This document shows positions 62,166-64,000 of a DNA stretch of 64,000 nt, in pieces. Made by a program: the position numbers and the translations under genes. Source of the DNA: Dimargaris cristalligena (Eukaryota); NCBI GenBank assembly GCA_003614675.1, contig ML002213.1, forward strand, positions 1-64,000, in the 5' to 3' direction. Numbering within the stretch: position 1 is the stretch's first letter; every line of letters starts with the position of its first letter. The notes under the pieces are model-generated. The model searched no databases. It saw nothing but the letters and a program-made list of their open reading frames with translations, and was not told where the DNA came from.

Positions 62166-63601
62166 TTAATAACGCTTCAAAGGAGTCACTATATCCCAGT
62201 TGATACCAACCGGGGTCAGTTGTGCGTGTTCGAAATCACTATCCATGACGGGTATATACAGATTTCCGTCCGAGAAAGTTGCGAATACCTTGGGGTTAAT
62301 TAGATTTTCGCGGAAGCACTTTAGAATAGGTGCCGTATAGCAGATATTGAGCTGCGATAGGCTATTGGGAAGACTCTGCTGGAATTCGGTTGCTCTGTTG
62401 TAACATGCAAGGGCAATATGCTGTTGCCTACCAGCAGGTACTTCATCCCATAGCTGCTTAAAAGCGATCTCTCGTTCTGGGTAATAAATCTGTTCACTAG
62501 ATCTACCGACTACTAGCCCTAGGAAAAAGAGGGCCTGGCTACGAATGGCCACATCCGCCAGATGGTTGAAATTGCCGGGATTCATCGATATCCCCGTTAC
62601 AAATTTCATCAAACCGACGTAATCACGCCGTTGAATGATAAAAGCCAACAAAGTGGGCATGAGGTGTCCGAACAGGAAACCGTCAGTGACCGCCATTTTA
62701 TTTTTCGATTGGCCTACCCAGGAATTTTTAACGAAGTAGTTACGTAGTTCACCTTTACTTAAATCGGAAGGTAGCATCCGCGTTAATTGATTGTAAAACG
62801 AACTATCCCCGATACGATTGAAGATTTGGTGAATGCCGCGAACCAGTTCGCCACCGGGGTCATTCCGGGCCATTTCCAATAGAGGAAACTGCTCCACGAG
62901 CGATTGATTTGACCAATCATCGATGCGAATGTAGGGTAGTGGATTAGGGTTCTCCGTTTTAGACTCCGTGGTGGTGATTGTGTTGGCATAATCCGAGACA
63001 AAATTAGTCCCAATGGATGGCTTGCCCCCGATGCTGCGGTCGGTTTGGGAACCAGTAACTACAACTTGATTGTGCGGTCGTGCCGATGTGGCAGGTGGAG
63101 TCGTATTGAATAGAGAGGTAATACGCTCCTTGAATCTTTTACTGATTGATTGTTTTGAAAACTGGGTCCAATATATATTGCGAAAACCGAAGGAGTCCCC
63201 CACAAGCGGGTCATCAAAGTACTGCATGTGGTCTTCCAATAGGGCCAGAAACGAGGAGAAATGTTTATGGAGTAAGTACTTCTGTTCACTTATAGTACTT
63301 CCCTAGAACATGTAGATAGGGTTGATAAGGCGTGTAAAATAACCAGAATACAGGCATGGGGTATATGCTATAGTGAATATCATTGGAAAGTTATGTGGCC
63401 CACATAAATGACCAGGCCCGTGGCCAGCATGCCAGGTGTGTGTATTCTTTGAGGAAGATATTAACATTTAACTGTGTCTTCAAGACTTACCTTGATAGAA
63501 TTGATATTGTATATCTTGATTTTGCTCTCGAAAAGGGGGACGCCGGCTACCAAAATAGTGGTGCCGACCACTAAACAACCGATGATATTCCATAGCCGCA
63601 T
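62166..63601 (-). CDS. Secreted protein of unrecognised family (paralogue B), about 415 aa, 2 exons
   Basis: Exon 1 63601-63491 (MRLWNIIGCLVVGTTILVAG-VPLFESKIK..., GTAAGT donor, phase 0), exon 2 63302-62166 (TAG acceptor, in frame with the 357-aa ORF). Confidence 0.8.
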
Positions 63602-64000
63602 TTGCGTCGAGTATGGGCACTTTAGGGGACAGTGGATGGGGTCACGGTAATGCATAAAAAAACAATAAAGGGCAATACTGTAAGGTGGGTTATAGTGGGG
63701 TGCTGGCAAAATGCCCGTATTTATAAATTATACTTCATAGGAAGGGGAATCGAGCGAGAGGTGGCCATCGCCCCCCTATACAAAACTGTGAATGGTCAAC
63801 CGACAATATCTAGTAATTATAGAATGTGCATTAGGGATAATGTTGAGCAGTTGGGCTTACAGACTCGGCCCCCTCTAAAAAAACGAAAAACTTGAATTCA
63901 ATTACATATAACGGGTTGATAGTGTAAAGGAAACAGGGGATGGTTAGTGTAAGGTAAGAGTCCTCTGTTTATCCAATTACATGAAGTCCGACGAGTATAA

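Overview
Eukaryotic, intron-containing genomic DNA (GT-AG introns, CTAAC/CTAAT branch sites, (TA)n/(CT)n microsatellites). The gene content and style point to a fungus, probably an early-diverging lineage (inference only). I can support about 18 protein-coding loci, most rebuilt by hand across introns with frame and phase checked. A housekeeping core holds RTF2, a PCTAIRE-type CDK5/Pho85-family kinase, NOT2, GLO3-type ArfGAP, RAM2/FNTA, an LYR protein, mitoribosomal uL29m and mL49, SEC1 and NAA10/ARD1. A trihelix Myb/SANT-like transcription factor sits alone in about 17 kb of non-coding DNA. Most notable are: (i) a signal-peptide plus F-box gene at the left edge (candidate secreted SCF-hijacking effector); (ii) a tandem pair of diverged, unrecognised secreted paralogues at the right edge with the same exon layout; (iii) an intronless secreted Kelch propeller; (iv) an ICME-like alpha/beta-hydrolase lacking its catalytic Ser (GHGAG); (v) a ~144-bp MITE-like element with ~30-bp terminal inverted repeats in up to six copies; (vi) a spliced gene missed by the ORF track whose 5' part overlaps a second open frame. 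No rRNA, tRNA or CRISPR array was recognised.
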